In this document: positions 13,041 to 27,983 of the stretch, one piece after another
Position numbering within the stretch: the first letter of the stretch is position 1
Layout of the letters: every line of letters starts with the position of its first letter
NCBI GenBank assembly: GCA_023231475.1
Contig: JALJEE010001255.1
Coordinates: forward strand, 1 to 52,693
From: Seison nebaliae
Taxonomy: Eukaryota
Length of the DNA: 52,693 nt
Reading direction: 5' to 3'
Notes under the pieces: generated by a model
Seen by the model: the letters and a program-made list of their open reading frames with translations, nothing else
Database searches by the model: none
Told to the model about the DNA's origin: nothing
Position numbers and translations under genes: made by a program

Positions 13041-16000
13041 ATGACGGAAAAAGATAATGAAAATGACTTAACAACTGAAAAAGATAAAGTTCAAACATTT
13101 AAATTGATTTTAACTGTTAAAACTTCAAATTTGTTTCAGTCCCAGAAAAATTTTATTTTAGCAGCTGTTTTATTAAACGATGCTGTTCATGGAAGACATC
13201 TGGTCTTCGAAGAGACCAGATTAAGGTTTCAATTTTTATGTTTGATGGTCTTAATTAAATTCTCAATATTTTTAAGAAACTATGTTTTATTGAATAGTAA
13301 ATTGATGGCATGGATTTCATGGATTAGTATTTTGGCTTTATTCGTCCTTACCATCTATGAGAATCCAGCCCTCTATCCAATCCATATGGCGGTTTTTTAT
13401 TTGCTTTATTCATTTAATTTATGCATTTGAGATTTAGATACCTCTAGCAATCGAGTTCATTTGTTTATCAATCCAAATGAGCATTTATTTCCTCTCATTT
13501 CGATGCCAACATGATTCCATGTTTTGGAAAGACAAGAAACATGTCGGTTTCCTTATTGTTTGCTTGGTTGGAAATTTATTTTCTAAATTATTTAATATGA
13601 TAATTATAATGATAATTTCTTTTGTTGTCTAGTTGACATTGGTGGATATGATTGCGTATATTTTGTGTTATAGTTTGAATTTGTCGGTACAAGTTCGTAT
13701 CACGAGAATATTGAGAATAACATTCATTCTGACACATATAAAAGCCAAAAACGTTATAGTTTTTTATACATATCGTATATAGAATGTTTCATCATTTTCG
13801 TTCAATTAGTTGAGATTCGCATTCCGCAACATCAGACAAACAATTCCTGATATACTTCACCTTTTAATTCTGATTTTTTGTTCAATTTTGTTCTTCACTT
13901 TATTATCTTTCCAATTATTCCGATCAAAGTTACTAATGTGAAATAATTCTCTAAATTGTTCAATTTTTTCCCAGAAATTATTCTTATGCCAATGGAGAAC
14001 CATATTTCCGGACATTCATCGATTCATTTTGGGATTTATATGTTCTCCTTACCACCTCCAACAGTCCCGACGTTATGTTAGTTTTTTTTATTTAAAAATA
14101 GTTTCTGAATACTCTTTTGTTTAGGGTACCCGCCTATAATCATCGACGACTATATATTCTATTCTTCATCTTATATATCGTCATCAATCTCTACATATTC
14201 ATGAGTATTTTCTTAGCTATCGTTTATGAAAATTATCAAAAACATTTTAAAGTTTCTTAATTGAATTTTTTTTTCTTAATGCTCAAATTATTTTTGAATA
14301 TTTTTCACATTTTCAGGTGGCACTTCACGATTATGTTCTGTATAAAAGAACGAAATTGGATCGAGCATTTTCCGTTTTAGCTGAAAGGAAAGAAGATATT
14401 TCTGTGGAGAAAACATCGAACAATCATCGAACATCGACATCATTAAAACGAAATCGTTATTTTCCATTTATTATCATTATTTCCATCACCTGTTCGTCAG
14501 ATACGTCTTCTCTGATTGCTAAACCGGCAACGACCGATTATTTATCATTGAATAAAGGATTCGTTAATCCATTGGTGGAGGATCAATGTGAAATGGATAA
14601 TGATAAAGAAAATGATCAGTCTGGTCATTTGGTCATTTCTTATAACGATTTCCTTCGATTAATGACGACAAGAAAATTGATTTCCGGTTTCTTTGCCGGA
14701 TGGTTTAATTGGCGGGAACTTGAAGAGAATTCCACTGATTTTGAAACACGTTAAAATTTCCTATTCTTTTATATTTGGTCATTTGGAATTTTAGGTGGGA
14801 ATTACGAAAAAATTTTGACTTTAATGAGATGGCTAGTACTGAATACGACTCAAGATGATTACATAAGTTATTTTATTTAATTAGAAAAAAATTTATAAAA
14901 TACTTTCATAAAAATTTTATAAAATAATTTCTAGCTAAAAATGAATTTATGAGATTGGCAGATATTATCAATGTCCGAATCAGTTCCAAATCGGAACGAT
15001 CACATTGGATCCGAGATTGTTTACCAGCCATGTATGATTCAGTTGTGTCTCGATGGTTAAGAAAATCAGTCAGATCAAAGTTGTTTTTTGTTTTCCGATA
15101 ATTTGAGACTTTTCATTTTCAAAGATTATTTCGACTATTTTTCGATATTATCATATTATTGAACGGATTATTTCTTGCGTTGAAATTGGATGAAGCTGAA
15201 TATTTTTTCCTCTCAATTTTCACTTTAGAACTTTTACTCAAATTATATTCATATGGATTCGATGAATTTCGACGGAAATTTTGGAATATGTTTGTCATTT
15301 TCCTTCACATTTAATTTTCATTTTTTATGTAGTTTCGATCTCTTCATCGTCATAACAGCTTTGGCCGCTGTTATCATCGAACATACTCAAGCAAGTTTAA
15401 GTATTTTAGATATTATCCTCATCATTCGAATGTTGAGATTATTGAAAATATTCGGATCCATTAAACGGTTTTCTATTTGTTATCTTTGATTCACTAATCG
15501 TCTCAAATAGTTTCCGTTTAATTATCATGACACTAACCAATATTGCTCCGTCCATCCTGACATATATCGTCGTCTTATTAGTTTAATTTAAAGAAATTGT
15601 TTAAAAATTCCTCAAATCGATTTTTATAGACATTTTATTATATTTATGCAATCATCGGAATGGAAGCTTTCAATGATTTCTTATCGAAACCAGATAAACA
15701 TTTCAAACATATGTGCCTCAATCCCAAATTGAATGGAAGTGATTTTTGTAAGTTATTAACTTTATTCTAAAACTTTGTTAAAACTTTAAATTTTTTTAAA
15801 ATTTTTAAATATTCTAATTCTCAGGGCAAAATATTATAATAGTAATTTCAACAATATTCTTCAATCGTTCGTCATTCTATTCGAGTTGACAGTCGTCAAT
15901 CAATGGCATGGTTTCCATTATCTCTCCAATTATTATCTCTAAACTAATTTCTGAATAGTAATTACTTCTGGATTTGTTAAATTAACTTCGAAATGGGCAA

Positions 16001-16546
16001 GATTATATTTCATAACATTTCATATGACAAATGTTCTCCTAATTATGAAGTTTAAAGAAACGACTGTTTTTTCTCTCATTCACCTTTCCAGTATATTTAC
16101 AGCATTCATCTTAGATGCTTTCCTGATGGAAATAGAATTGAAACAGACGATCGCTGAAGATCAAATACAGAAGCAGATCATGAAATTGGGCATTTATTTG
16201 GACGAGAACGATTCGACAGATGCATACACCTTCACCGAAATCTTCGAGATTATTAAGAAAATGTTGAAGAAAGGAGAAGAGGGTGGTGCTGGTGAAATAT
16301 CATCGAACAATAAATCAGGAATTAATGATCTTGTTCTCCAAATGTTAAATGATCATCAGAGGCAAATTTTAGATTTGACATTGAACGAAGCGATGAGATT
16401 TCACATCAGTAAGAAAAGTTACTTCTTATCCCGAAAAAAATTCCCTTTAATTATTTCACAATCCTCCTCGCTTCCTTCAAGGTCATTCTCGTGTTGAAGT
16501 ACTTTTACAAAGATTATTCGAAAGTTCGTTAGACGAGAAATCGTGA
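13041..16546 (+). CDS. TPCN3: Two-pore channel 3, about 20 exons
   Basis: Two 6-TM repeats; pore 1 LLTTSNSPDVMVPAY and pore 2 FELTVVNQWH match TPC3 rather than TPC1 or TPC2; S4 IIRMLRLLKI; C-terminal VEVLLQRLFE. Confidence 0.92.
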
Positions 16547-19500
16547 CAATAATTCGAATGATTCGATGAGAATTTGAAGATTGTTTCATAAACTTACTTC
16601 AAAACTCGAAAGGAAAACGGAGGAAAGGAACTTAATTTAATACGATTTTTTCTTCAAAAAAAAGACAATTTATTTTATTTCCTTTCTACTCGTTTTTCCC
16701 ACACCTTATCATCAACTTGTATCGATCGAATTTTTAACTTGGAATCAAAAAATTAATTCAGAAAATTATTAGTTGCCAACGAAAGAAAATTGTTCAAATG
16801 AAGTAAAATGTTAAGAACACTAATCTAGCGACAGGAAGTATTAGACATTTGTAGTGAATTTGCACATATTTCTCACAAAATAGTCTTCGAACGACATTAT
16901 CTTCTGGAAATAATATCAAATTAAATATCATTCCATTCTGTGTACGCCAATCGATGAAACAATATTTATTCCACTTCTCATAAGGATATGATGTGAATGT
17001 TATAAGAATTTCTATGTGGAAATTACAAATTTCGTTTTCATCGAATACATCTTCAAAAAATTTTATGAAAACCCCTAATATCAAACCGCTTTTCCTTAAC
17101 TTCCTCACTCCTGTCGATTTCATCCATCATTCGTTCGGTTTCTTCTTCAGCTGAAATTCATTAATCCAAAATGAATTCGGTTCAACAACATTCAATAAAA
17201 CTTCACTCCAATGGAAGTTGCGTATTATTGGGAGAATTAATTGGAAAAATTTTTTGTGAATAACAAAAAAAATCGATCGATGAATTTCCCAATATACGAT
17301 AGTTGCGCAAAAAAATGTATTTAATACAAAGAGAAACCACACCAGGAAAACGGCTTCTATTCTGGACGGTAAATTCGAATGAAAAATCGATTTGAATTTC
17401 TTGTCGATTCACTGACTTTCCCACACACAACAAAACTTATTGAATGTGGTTGGAAGAAAGTGGAAGGAAAACGAGGAATTCATCAAATTTCACGTGTCGT
17501 CAAATAATGATTGAGAAACGATTAAACGGTTTTTAAGTGGTTTGACATATCACCGCTCTTCTATTCTCTCAACCACATTTTCTCCTTTCAACATAATTTC
17601 TCATTTCTTCTGAGAAAAGACGGCGAGAATAATTTAGGAAATGATAATAGCTCCAATAAAATTAATTTCTACACGAAATCAAACGGTTCTTTATCATTCG
17701 CTTGAAAGTTTTAAGATTAATCATTGCGAAGGAGAATTGTCATGTAAAAATGTTCTCTTATTGCCATGACGAAGATTGGCATTAATTCGACAAGACGAAA
17801 GGTAAATATGGAAGAAAAGAAGGAACTTATTAATATCTCTTATGTTTTCATTATGAATTCTTTCCCACATTCGAAATAGAAAAGTTAATAATAATCATAA
17901 AAGAGAATTGTTAAGAAATCAGTTTATCGATCGACGAAACAACGAAATGTTTCGACATTTCATGCACTCAATTCTCTTGCATTTCATCGTGTTTCCTCTC
18001 CGTGCCCAATCTGAGAGTAGGAAATAATAGGAAGGTCGATCGATTTTCTTCTCTACATTTCATTTTTGGCAATCTCAATGTCGTTTCCATTACATGCATC
18101 AGAAGCGATCTAGAAAAGGACAAGATGGTCTCTCCACGATTTTCAATCTTCTTCAATTCATTTACAAATAAATCGTAATACGAATCATTTCTTTTCTGCC
18201 TGATTTAGTCGAAAAGAAACGAATTCCATCTGAGAAAGTGGTGGTGGAAGAAGAAAAGGAGGAATGTTACGATAGAGAAGGAGGATAATTCGAAGAAATT
18301 TACGGAATTTCCATTGAGACGTCAAATTGAGAATTGTTGTCGATTAACGGAAATTATCTCGAATTTCAATACGATTCTTTTCTCCTCCGATTCTCGTTGA
18401 ATCGGAGAATATTTGATGGACGGACGACAGTGAATGTCTTTCTTTTCTTTTTCCACATCTCCTCGGAAATATTATTATTGTGAAGTTCTCATTCTCATCA
18501 GGAACAATGGACATCCTTGGCAATGTTGTCAGAATGAAATTGTATCTGATTAATAATAAAAAGTTGATTAACTTTCCATTTTTATTTAAAAGACATCGAC
18601 AAATAATGGTGATAATATTACTTGGAATTATAATATTATTATTCATTCCTATATCCGTCTATTTCGATGTTGATTTGTTTGATTGAACATTTGTGGACAA
18701 TTTGAATTTCTCATTTTCCCAATTCAAAATTATTATCTGTCACAAAAATGTCTTGTTGAAGGGAAGAAGAAAATTTTAAAAGAAATTTTTGGAGAATAAT
18801 TTTCGAATATGTTTTGGGTGAAACGAAGTCAGAAATAATGGTGTGAATAATTTCGTGTGGAAAGTTTTATGTTTAAAGAAAATAGTTTGTCTCCCCCTTT
18901 ATGAAGCTCACATGCACTTGGTAATTTCGTCGTATGAAGTTGTTGAACCATTTGACAAGTATGTGGACATTAGAATTAAAAGATGATTGTTGGGCAACAG
19001 ATGTCTCTCCCAAACCGTCCACCTATTAATTGTGAAATGTATTGAATGACTTGAATGAAACGAACAAATAAGTATATCAATTGTTGAATTGATGTTTTAG
19101 AAATGTATAATTGATCTGCTATTTATAGGTGGTAATGGTAATGGTCTACTGCCAAGTGAGTACGAGGAGAAATATGATTTGTAGAAAGTCAGATGTCAAT
19201 TCAATAATATTTTTTATTAATTTCCTCCCCATTATCATCTCTCCATATTCTTTTCGGTCGTCTTCACTTCATTATTTTTTCGTTGAATTTCTATAAAATG
19301 AACATAAATTCCTTTCCATTTTATTAAGCAAATTGCGTAATAGTAATTTATCATAACACATCCATAAAGTTTACGTATCGTTATGAGGATGAGAATTTGT
19401 CTGATGACATTTTTTTTCGTAGTGGTCAGAGATAATGGAGCATATGCCGACGCATATTTCCTCTCCAGTTATTGTTGAAGCTTCAATCGAATTTCCGCAT

Positions 19501-22500
19501 CACACATCTCTCCTATTGATGATCGTGAGCAACGAATTGAGGAAGCGAATAAATGTCCAACCATTTCACTATTTACGCGCATCACAACATATCAAATAGA
19601 AATTAGAGTCGATACAATTTCTCTAATAAAATAAATATCATCCATTATCAATGTCCTATCTATTTCATTCGCTATGTCTTCATCCAATTCATTTGGGTCG
19701 ACATTCTCGTTCGAATGGGCCAGTAAATGCCAAAACAGAAAATTCAAATTCTTCTCTTACTCAATCCAATAAAACATAATTTATTAAGTTAGGCTAATGG
19801 ACGTAGTCCATCATCATCATCATTACCATCAACATTATCATCATTATTATTATTTATTATCATTATCATTATCATTATTTATTATTTGTAATTCTTATAT
19901 TCTCATATGATTCTTAAGATGATTAGTAAAATGAATAAAATATCATCATCGATGTCATTATAGTAAAGGAAAGATGGGGAATTCGGTTACGTAGATTTCA
20001 TTTCTCAATGGACTCTTGTCTAATACTTTTATTTGCATTTATGGCATGCTGTTTAAAGTTCAGCATGTCAACATTCTGTCAGATGTAAGTAGTCGTGCGA
20101 AAAAAAATGAGAAGTGGCCTATTATCGTTACACAACCGCAATGAGGGGAGAAAAGCCAAAACATTCTCCTTTTCACTTCTTCATATTTTGATTTCGGAAT
20201 AATTAATGCTCCAATATACTCATCTACGTATTTCTCATATGTATATCCTCTTCACTATTCCCATTCTCAAATTTCTAATATTTCCTGTTGAATTAATATG
20301 TATTTGTTTATCTAAAACCACAAACGAGAGAAGATATAGATGAAGTAACTGATAAAAAGAATGAAATTTCCAATAAAATTTTTTATCGATTTTCATATTT
20401 TCTTCTTCTTATCAACGATCAGCAGAATAGAAGCATAACACGAAATTTCTATTATTATTTTTATCGAACGAATTCATCTTCCCATCATTATTAAGTGCAA
20501 TGACCAAAATTGTTCGATTGTACACCACAGAAAGAAACACTTAAGTGAGACACTTGTAAAGAATTTGCTTTTAATTCATCCATAAATATTCTTAATGAGA
20601 ATTTGAAGTCCATTCTAATAATCTTTCACTTCCATCAGTTCGAAGGAAATCGGAGAAGAATTACAGGTGAAATATTTCTTAACAACAAATAATTATCCAT
20701 AAAATGTACTGAAGGATTCTTATTATTATTTTTATGAGATCGTCCATTTTTCTTCATTCGTCCAACGATCGTCGATTCATTTTATTAGACGGAAAAAACC
20801 ATCAAACATTTCATTTTCCTTTTTTTCAATTTATTAATTAGTCTAATGTTCAACATCAAAAACCATATTCGATAAGATCTTTTATTGAATTAATATGATG
20901 ATTTGTTTATGATAATAAATTAGATAATAAATCCGCTTTAGGACCATCATTTGTTCAATATTTATTTTCATATTTTCTCTCGTCCACGATATCGTGGAAA
21001 TTACTGAATTCTCTTATCGGAATTTCAATATTGTCTCGTTCGTGTTAGTAACGGAAACCAGTCACGCTAAACTTCAAACAGAGCACTTTTGACTTGTTGG
21101 TTGTGTTAGGACGTGAAACGAACGACCAATTCATAATTTATTATTATTCGAGAGAATTCATTCAAGTTCTCCTTCAACAAACAACGTGTCAATCGAAAGA
21201 GGAAGAGTTCAATGTTGTTTCGTCCAAAAATAATTCGTTTGATACTTTTGTTTGTAGGAAAACATTTTAGTCATTCCCATCGCTAAGTATTGACGGCGGT
21301 GGGGAACGATCGAGTAGTTTTGATAGGCGATGAAGTGCCGATTCATGTGGAAGAAATGAATGACAACAAATTTTGTGTGAGTGAGAATGAATTCTGGGAG
21401 TTGAAATGATTAATCGGTGATAATCCAAATTTAGTTTTCTTATTTCAACTAGAAACATTTGTGGGGAGGAATTATATAATGAAGCTTAATTAAAATTTTC
21501 GTTTGTCATAATTATTCCGTCGAACAAACAATTTTTTATTCGAAAAATTCTATTAACACACATATTTTATGTAATTGGAAAAGCGATTGATTAAATTTAT
21601 TCCAAATTCTCTGTTTGACTACGGAACCGGTTTTAGAATAAATTGGAATGACTGTGAATCGATTTGAATGAGGATCAATAAATTGATGTATACTCAAAAG
21701 GGAACTTATGAAGTAAGTAAATAATGTGAAGAAGAGTCAAGTAGTTTGTAAATCCATTCACATCGCCAGATGCATCAGAGACAGCCAACACATGAAAAGT
21801 TAATCGTTCACTTGAAATTTTGGTGAAATGTTCACTTGACCAAATAATGAGAGTAAATAAGAATTTGTGAAAGTTATAGAATTATTATTACAATTTAGAC
21901 GATTAATTTTATGATATGTCTCTTGTCTGAGATAAGAGAAGTTGTTACCATCACTTTCTTTTTCTTGATATCTTCAACAAAGTAGAAGATTAAGAAGTGA
22001 CTGCCTTTCAACAATTGGCGGGCGAAGTAATTTCAAACCGATTATAATTTTGATATTAAGTCGCCGCTCTTTCATTTGAGGGGCTATTTGTTCCTTTCTT
22101 CTTTCTCGCTACTTATCGTCTTTGCTTTCAAATCAAAGTTCCTTTCCTGATCAAATGTTTTTATTACACATAACAATCTATTCAGTCTCCTATTTCGACA
22201 GTTTTATGAAATGATTCTTTATGTACCAACAAATATCATCTTCTTGAAGATTATCCTTAAGTTAGAGTGGAAGAAGGAGAACTCATTTACTTTTCTTAGG
22301 AGGAGGATTAAGAAAATCTCATAATGGTGAGAGAGAAGTAGAGTAGAAGGACAACACAATCAATAAGGACTGTAGGGGAAATATTAATAAATGTTTCTGA
22401 TGAAGGCTAATACTACTGTAAAATTCCCATTTATTTCTCGATTACTACTAATTCGTCCAGTGAGTGAAGTAGATTCAAATGTGGAGCATTTCAAATCGCC

Positions 22501-25500
22501 ATTAACAGATCGATTTATAGTATTTGTACGATGTCAATAGAGGAGGAAGAAACAGATTAGACACATTAGAACATTTATAGGATTTACATTTATTATTAAA
22601 AGTTTTGGTGTAGCATTTCTCTTGCAACTTCTCAAGAAATAGGAAGACGAACGATAAAAAAGAAATAAAAAACTTTTATTTTCTTATTAGCGACATGCAA
22701 TGATCATTAGTCCCCGCAAATTTGTTATGATAATGAATAATGGGTGGAAGGAGCACAATGGCTGCATGTTGAGATGAAAGGTGATGAATTGAATAATTAG
22801 GTGGTAGACTCCATAAAATATTAATGATCAATATTTTAGTTTCTAAGGTTGCCCCCTCATATTATCATTATTCTTCACATTTCTCATCCTTCACGCCAAC
22901 CCAACCATTCATCGAACCTGATATTTCGAAAAAAATGATGTTAATGAAGACCTTCATGCAGCATAAATTCTTCATCACAATTCCTGATTCACAAACCATC
23001 TCGGCGCTATTGGCATGTTTATATGAAATTCCTTTGAAATCCTCCAACTTTCCTTTCACTATTTGAGACAACATACTGTGACATACGGTTTGTCTAATCA
23101 GTACGATACTAATTGTATGTTCGTTTGTCAATATGATTAGGCTGATTAAGAATGTGCTTCCATCAAATCCAATCACTAATATGGGATAGGAGGTGAATGT
23201 CATTGTTTCTTATTTCTTCCCATTTATTCCCAATTCATCGAAATAATCTTCTCCTACTAATTGTGTATAGTCTGCACAACTACCATACATTTCTTCATTT
23301 AACCAACACAGCCACTGCGGAGGAGGAGGGCGAGGAGGACGAGGAGTGAGTGCGTATATTAGAAGAATCAATTTCAATTTCTCGTGAACACTAAAATAAT
23401 TAGAAGTACTACGTACTTCTGTTACTATAATTCCATGTTTGGTCCGATTAATGGTTGTGGTTGTGAAAACAAAAGAATTCAATTTTCCCCCATATATAAA
23501 CATCAGCTGATATTTTCCTTCGGAGATTTCTTTATTTGATTAACTCGCAAAAACATCCATTACTTATTTATATTAGTTATCATCTGATGTCAATCTAGAA
23601 ATTTATGTACGAAATTCTCTTACTCCTCTTCGAATTGATGGATTGGTCGAAAAGAAACTTTCTCTCACAATTCAAATCGATTCCACAAATTCTCCTTTAG
23701 CGCGCCCACCTGTCGACTATTATGGTATATTGAATAAAAAATTTGCAAGAATATATTGCAAGAAGAAAACAGGTTTTGATAATTAGAAATCTTGAGAATA
23801 GCCATCGTCCATTCTTCACCGTATTATTCTCGTCAATTTAATCATGATTCTTCAACAAACATAATGAAATCGCTCCTCTCACTCAACATTTCTTTATTCG
23901 TCTTCTTCGCCATTCCATATCAATAAGCCACATTTCTCATGAGAGTTCACTTGACATATTCCTCACGCATATTACTCAATGAATGACTCCAGCTGATGTG
24001 AGTTGATCCTCCACATCTTCGTCTAACCATAACACCATCATCATCTTCATCCTCCTCCCACTACTCTACATAAGAATATTTTCCGTTAACGAATGTAAAT
24101 GATATATCATCAGCGAGTAATAATAGTGATTAGGAGGAATGTATAATCATTTCATTAGTCTCTAATCATTTCTCTTTTCATTACATATTCTACGGATGTA
24201 ACCATCGCCTGTTTTTTTATGTCATAAAAACCGTATCGAATTGGAATATATGATTCTAAAAAGAAAAACGAAGCGATTGAACTTTTCACGTCTAAGTGGC
24301 AGTGTAATATTACGTGAAATGAAAGATGAAACTGATTTCATTCTTTTCCACCGTGCTTATGCCAACCGTCCACTATTCAAATTAATTCCTCGATTTGGTA
24401 GCAATTTTTTTGATTTTGAAAAACTTTCCGAACTTTTCCATTTTGTTTATCAATATTTATTTAGTGTCGTTCAATCGACTCAACATAAGAGTAGGAACAG
24501 TACAAACGAATTATATCGTTAGTTTGAGTTCAAATGAATTTCCATCCATTTGGGTTAAACCGTTCGGTAAACCATGACTAGTGTCTGTTGGGGAGCAACA
24601 CGTATCGATACCTAATAACAATGTGGTTCGTGTCGTTGACGATTATTAGCAGATTAATTAATTTAAGTAAATTATTAATAAATAATTCCATCTGAGAGAA
24701 AATTGAATTGTTTTGTGACAGACATTCTTTTTTATTTGACTCACACTCATCATCATTTCGGATTCATCACAATTTTAAAGGTTCTTTTTTAGATATCCGA
24801 ATTTATTTTTGGAGTTTTCGAATTATTTAAATATTAATTCTCATATGGATGTAGTGGAGGATGAGTTGGAGACGAGAATAAAAGGAACAATAGTTCTCCA
24901 TAAAAAAGAAATAAGATATTATCAATCAATTGAAAGAATTAATGAGGAGAATAATAGGAATGAAATAAATCGATTCCAACAAAACATATTCGATCAATAA
25001 GAGAAGGAATTCTTTCGGGTTTCCTTTTACCTATTCCATGTATTACTGCCATGTTGTTGTTGGAGAAGGAATGTATTGTTGAGGTATAATGGAGATGATA
25101 AACGATAAGGAAATGAATAATTCGATTAATTCACTCATCATTTATTCGTCTTTTCATGAAAGAATGTCTGATATGATTGATGCTTCATCAAGATCATTCC
25201 ATAACAATAACAATCGCAGACATTCCTTTTAAGATAGTCCTCAATAATAACGATTGGATTTCTTCCCCAATTTGTTATTGTGTACTACGATCTTCGTCAA
25301 GTGGTCGCGACTGACATTGGATTTGACAAGGTGTTAGGAAAGTTTGGTGATTTGATTAGGAAGTTGCTTGGGAATTTGGGAACGTGTAGATTGGAACTGC
25401 TAAAAAAGGAGAATTGTTGTAATTGGAGTAATCGATTCAGTATTTTCTAATCGCATTAACGAATATAAATCATTTATATGATTGTCGTTGGGAAGACGAC

Positions 25501-27983
25501 ACCTTTCCTTTTGACAATCGCTCACACTATTCGAAACGGATGAATATCTTATTTGGAAGGTGATGAATGATGTTGAAATTCATCTAATCTCCCTAAAAAA
25601 TCATTAGTTTCCAAAGAAGAAATATATTAATATTATTCGTATTAGAATATGTATTTACCATCCGCATTAGAATATAATCAATACCTTCCACACCTAGACA
25701 TTTCCCATCGACAAATGGTAGAATCATCTTCACCTGATCCATTCAAGATTCACATGGCAAGGTGAAGCATTATGCCGGAAGTGAAGCCACAGGCCATTAA
25801 CCACATTATTCGTATTATTCCTCTCATTTATGAATGCAAGAACTGATTATTATTAGTTTATTGAGTGATAATGGAATCTTAACATTATTCGCCTTAAAAC
25901 TTTTCTGAATATAATTCTCATCATTTATCCGATTTTCTTATACGTATATGAATATATATGTTTCGTATAAAAAAAATTTTTTTCAGGCTTCAGATTTTTT
26001 AAGGTTTTTTTATAAATTTCCTTCTTTATATGTATTATTTTTTGAAAATTTTCTTTGAGATCGAAAATAAACAGGAATCAACAATGTCGAATAGTCCAAC
26101 ATTTCTTTTCTTTTTTGAGTGGAAAAGTATATTATTTTAAAGAATGTCTGAAAATATTATTTTTTCATTAGCCATTATAGTTCTAAATGGAATTGCACGC
26201 TAAGGAAATTAATAAGAAATTATAAATTTCATTCAGACACTTCATTCTTCCTTCTACCTTCGATATGATTATGAGGAACAGGAAAAAGTTAGACATTTTG
26301 ATTTTTGATTATCATAATAAGGAAACGAGCAAACCTCTATCATTAATATCAGTGAAAGTTCGGTTGGTCTAATTGAAATTAAAGTGCTCGCTTTCATTCT
26401 TTTTATTATTATAATTCTTTTTCAATAATCATTCTTGTCATCTGACAAATCTTTCTTCTTTCAAATACTTTTATTATGACAAGGAAATTTTCGATTAATC
26501 GATTATTTATAACGCTCCTTCAATTTAACTAAAGTGACAATAGAAATCAATCCTTGATAAATTCATATCATTTCCCATCGACATCTTTCTCAAATGAAAT
26601 AAATTGTTTGTCTTATCATTCTTTCAATATTAGTCCAAATGTCAAAATTTTTAATCGTCTTCAATCATTCTCCCCCCTCCACCACTACTCCATCATATCT
26701 CCACTTCTCATATGATTCCTCATGTTGAGGTGTCAAATAAACATTGGTTGGAGGAATGAAGATGTGAACGTACGTATATCTTCCTCTCTTCTCTCTACTT
26801 CTTCCACAATTGAGTACACGGTCAAAAAGAGGTGTAATCAAACTGAAATGGAAGTTAAATTTTTGTTGGAGTTTCTATGAAGTACTCATAAATCTGTCAG
26901 ACGATGTTTTTGTCGCTTTTCAGGCGCGTGGCTATAAGTATCCTCTCTAACTGTTACTAGTTGATGTATACGAGTAACTTATCGGTTATTTACTTTATGA
27001 ACAGAACATCATAAATTATTCTCATTCTCATAATAATTATTCAATAATAATCATTTCATCTAACCTCAACCTCTCTCATATTTCACAAAGAAGAATGCAA
27101 AATTCCAATACTTAATCTACAATGTCTAAGAAGTCTAAGATGTAGTACGTATTGGAATGAAGGTCACATCAATTATAAGTGAAGAAATCTCACACATCCC
27201 CAACACCCACAACACTCCTCTAATAAAACCTCATTGCCACTCACTAACGAATTCATTAGTTGGCCCAGTTCACTTCTTCAATCGTCTTCATAAGCAGATT
27301 ATCGAATTTACCTCAACTTTCTTCTCTTCTTCTCAAATTCACTCTAATGTCTTCTACAATCTTCCAAGAACTTAGTTAAAAAAGTATATTTTATTTATAT
27401 ATATAAATATATATTTATAGATTTGTTGTAACTGAAAGAAAAGGTCGTGAAGAAAAGAAAAATAATCTTCTTTTAATAAAATGAAATATGTTCGTCTTCT
27501 TTTCAAGTCTAATAAAAAAATTTTTTGTATTAGATTCATTCTTCCATTAACATTTATTTGACCGGTGGTCACTTTTGTACTCCGTCATTATGGTATGCTA
27601 ATGCGAAAATCGAATAGAATCAAATATTTTTTCTCAGATATTTAATGAACAATTCATTTTCCCATTTAATTTCGCCGTTTTGTTTTCAAGTCACATGCGA
27701 CATCGAATTGTGATGGAATGTTTGACGACTACCTAGTGAGATGATTCCTTCATTTTTTTTCGAAGATGATCATTCGAATGATCACGAATAAGTTTTATCT
27801 TCACAAGTTAATGTTGTTTACTGCTTCCGCCTATCGACATAATCGAAAGAAATTGACAGATACTTCCACAGATATTTCGTCTTTGAATCGAACATGATAT
27901 GTGTAATGTTGTGGTTTGTCGTGAATAAATGTTGTTTGGTGCAAATTGTGCTTGACAAAATCTATGTTTTATTTAATCAAAAT

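Noticed and set aside
16409..16418. GTAAG at 16409 as further proof of canonical-donor bypass
   Set aside because: It is in the same phase as the GTT at 16418, so frame cannot tell which donor is used.
861..16546. Broken ORFs suggesting stop-codon reassignment or pseudogenes
   Set aside because: Every break is explained by a short GT..AG intron that restores frame; long intronless genes read normally in the standard code.
16794..25000. Many 60-110 aa ORFs in the gene-poor region
   Set aside because: F/I/L/K/N-rich composition typical of random AT-rich DNA, often non-ATG starts, no domains and no splice chain I could build.
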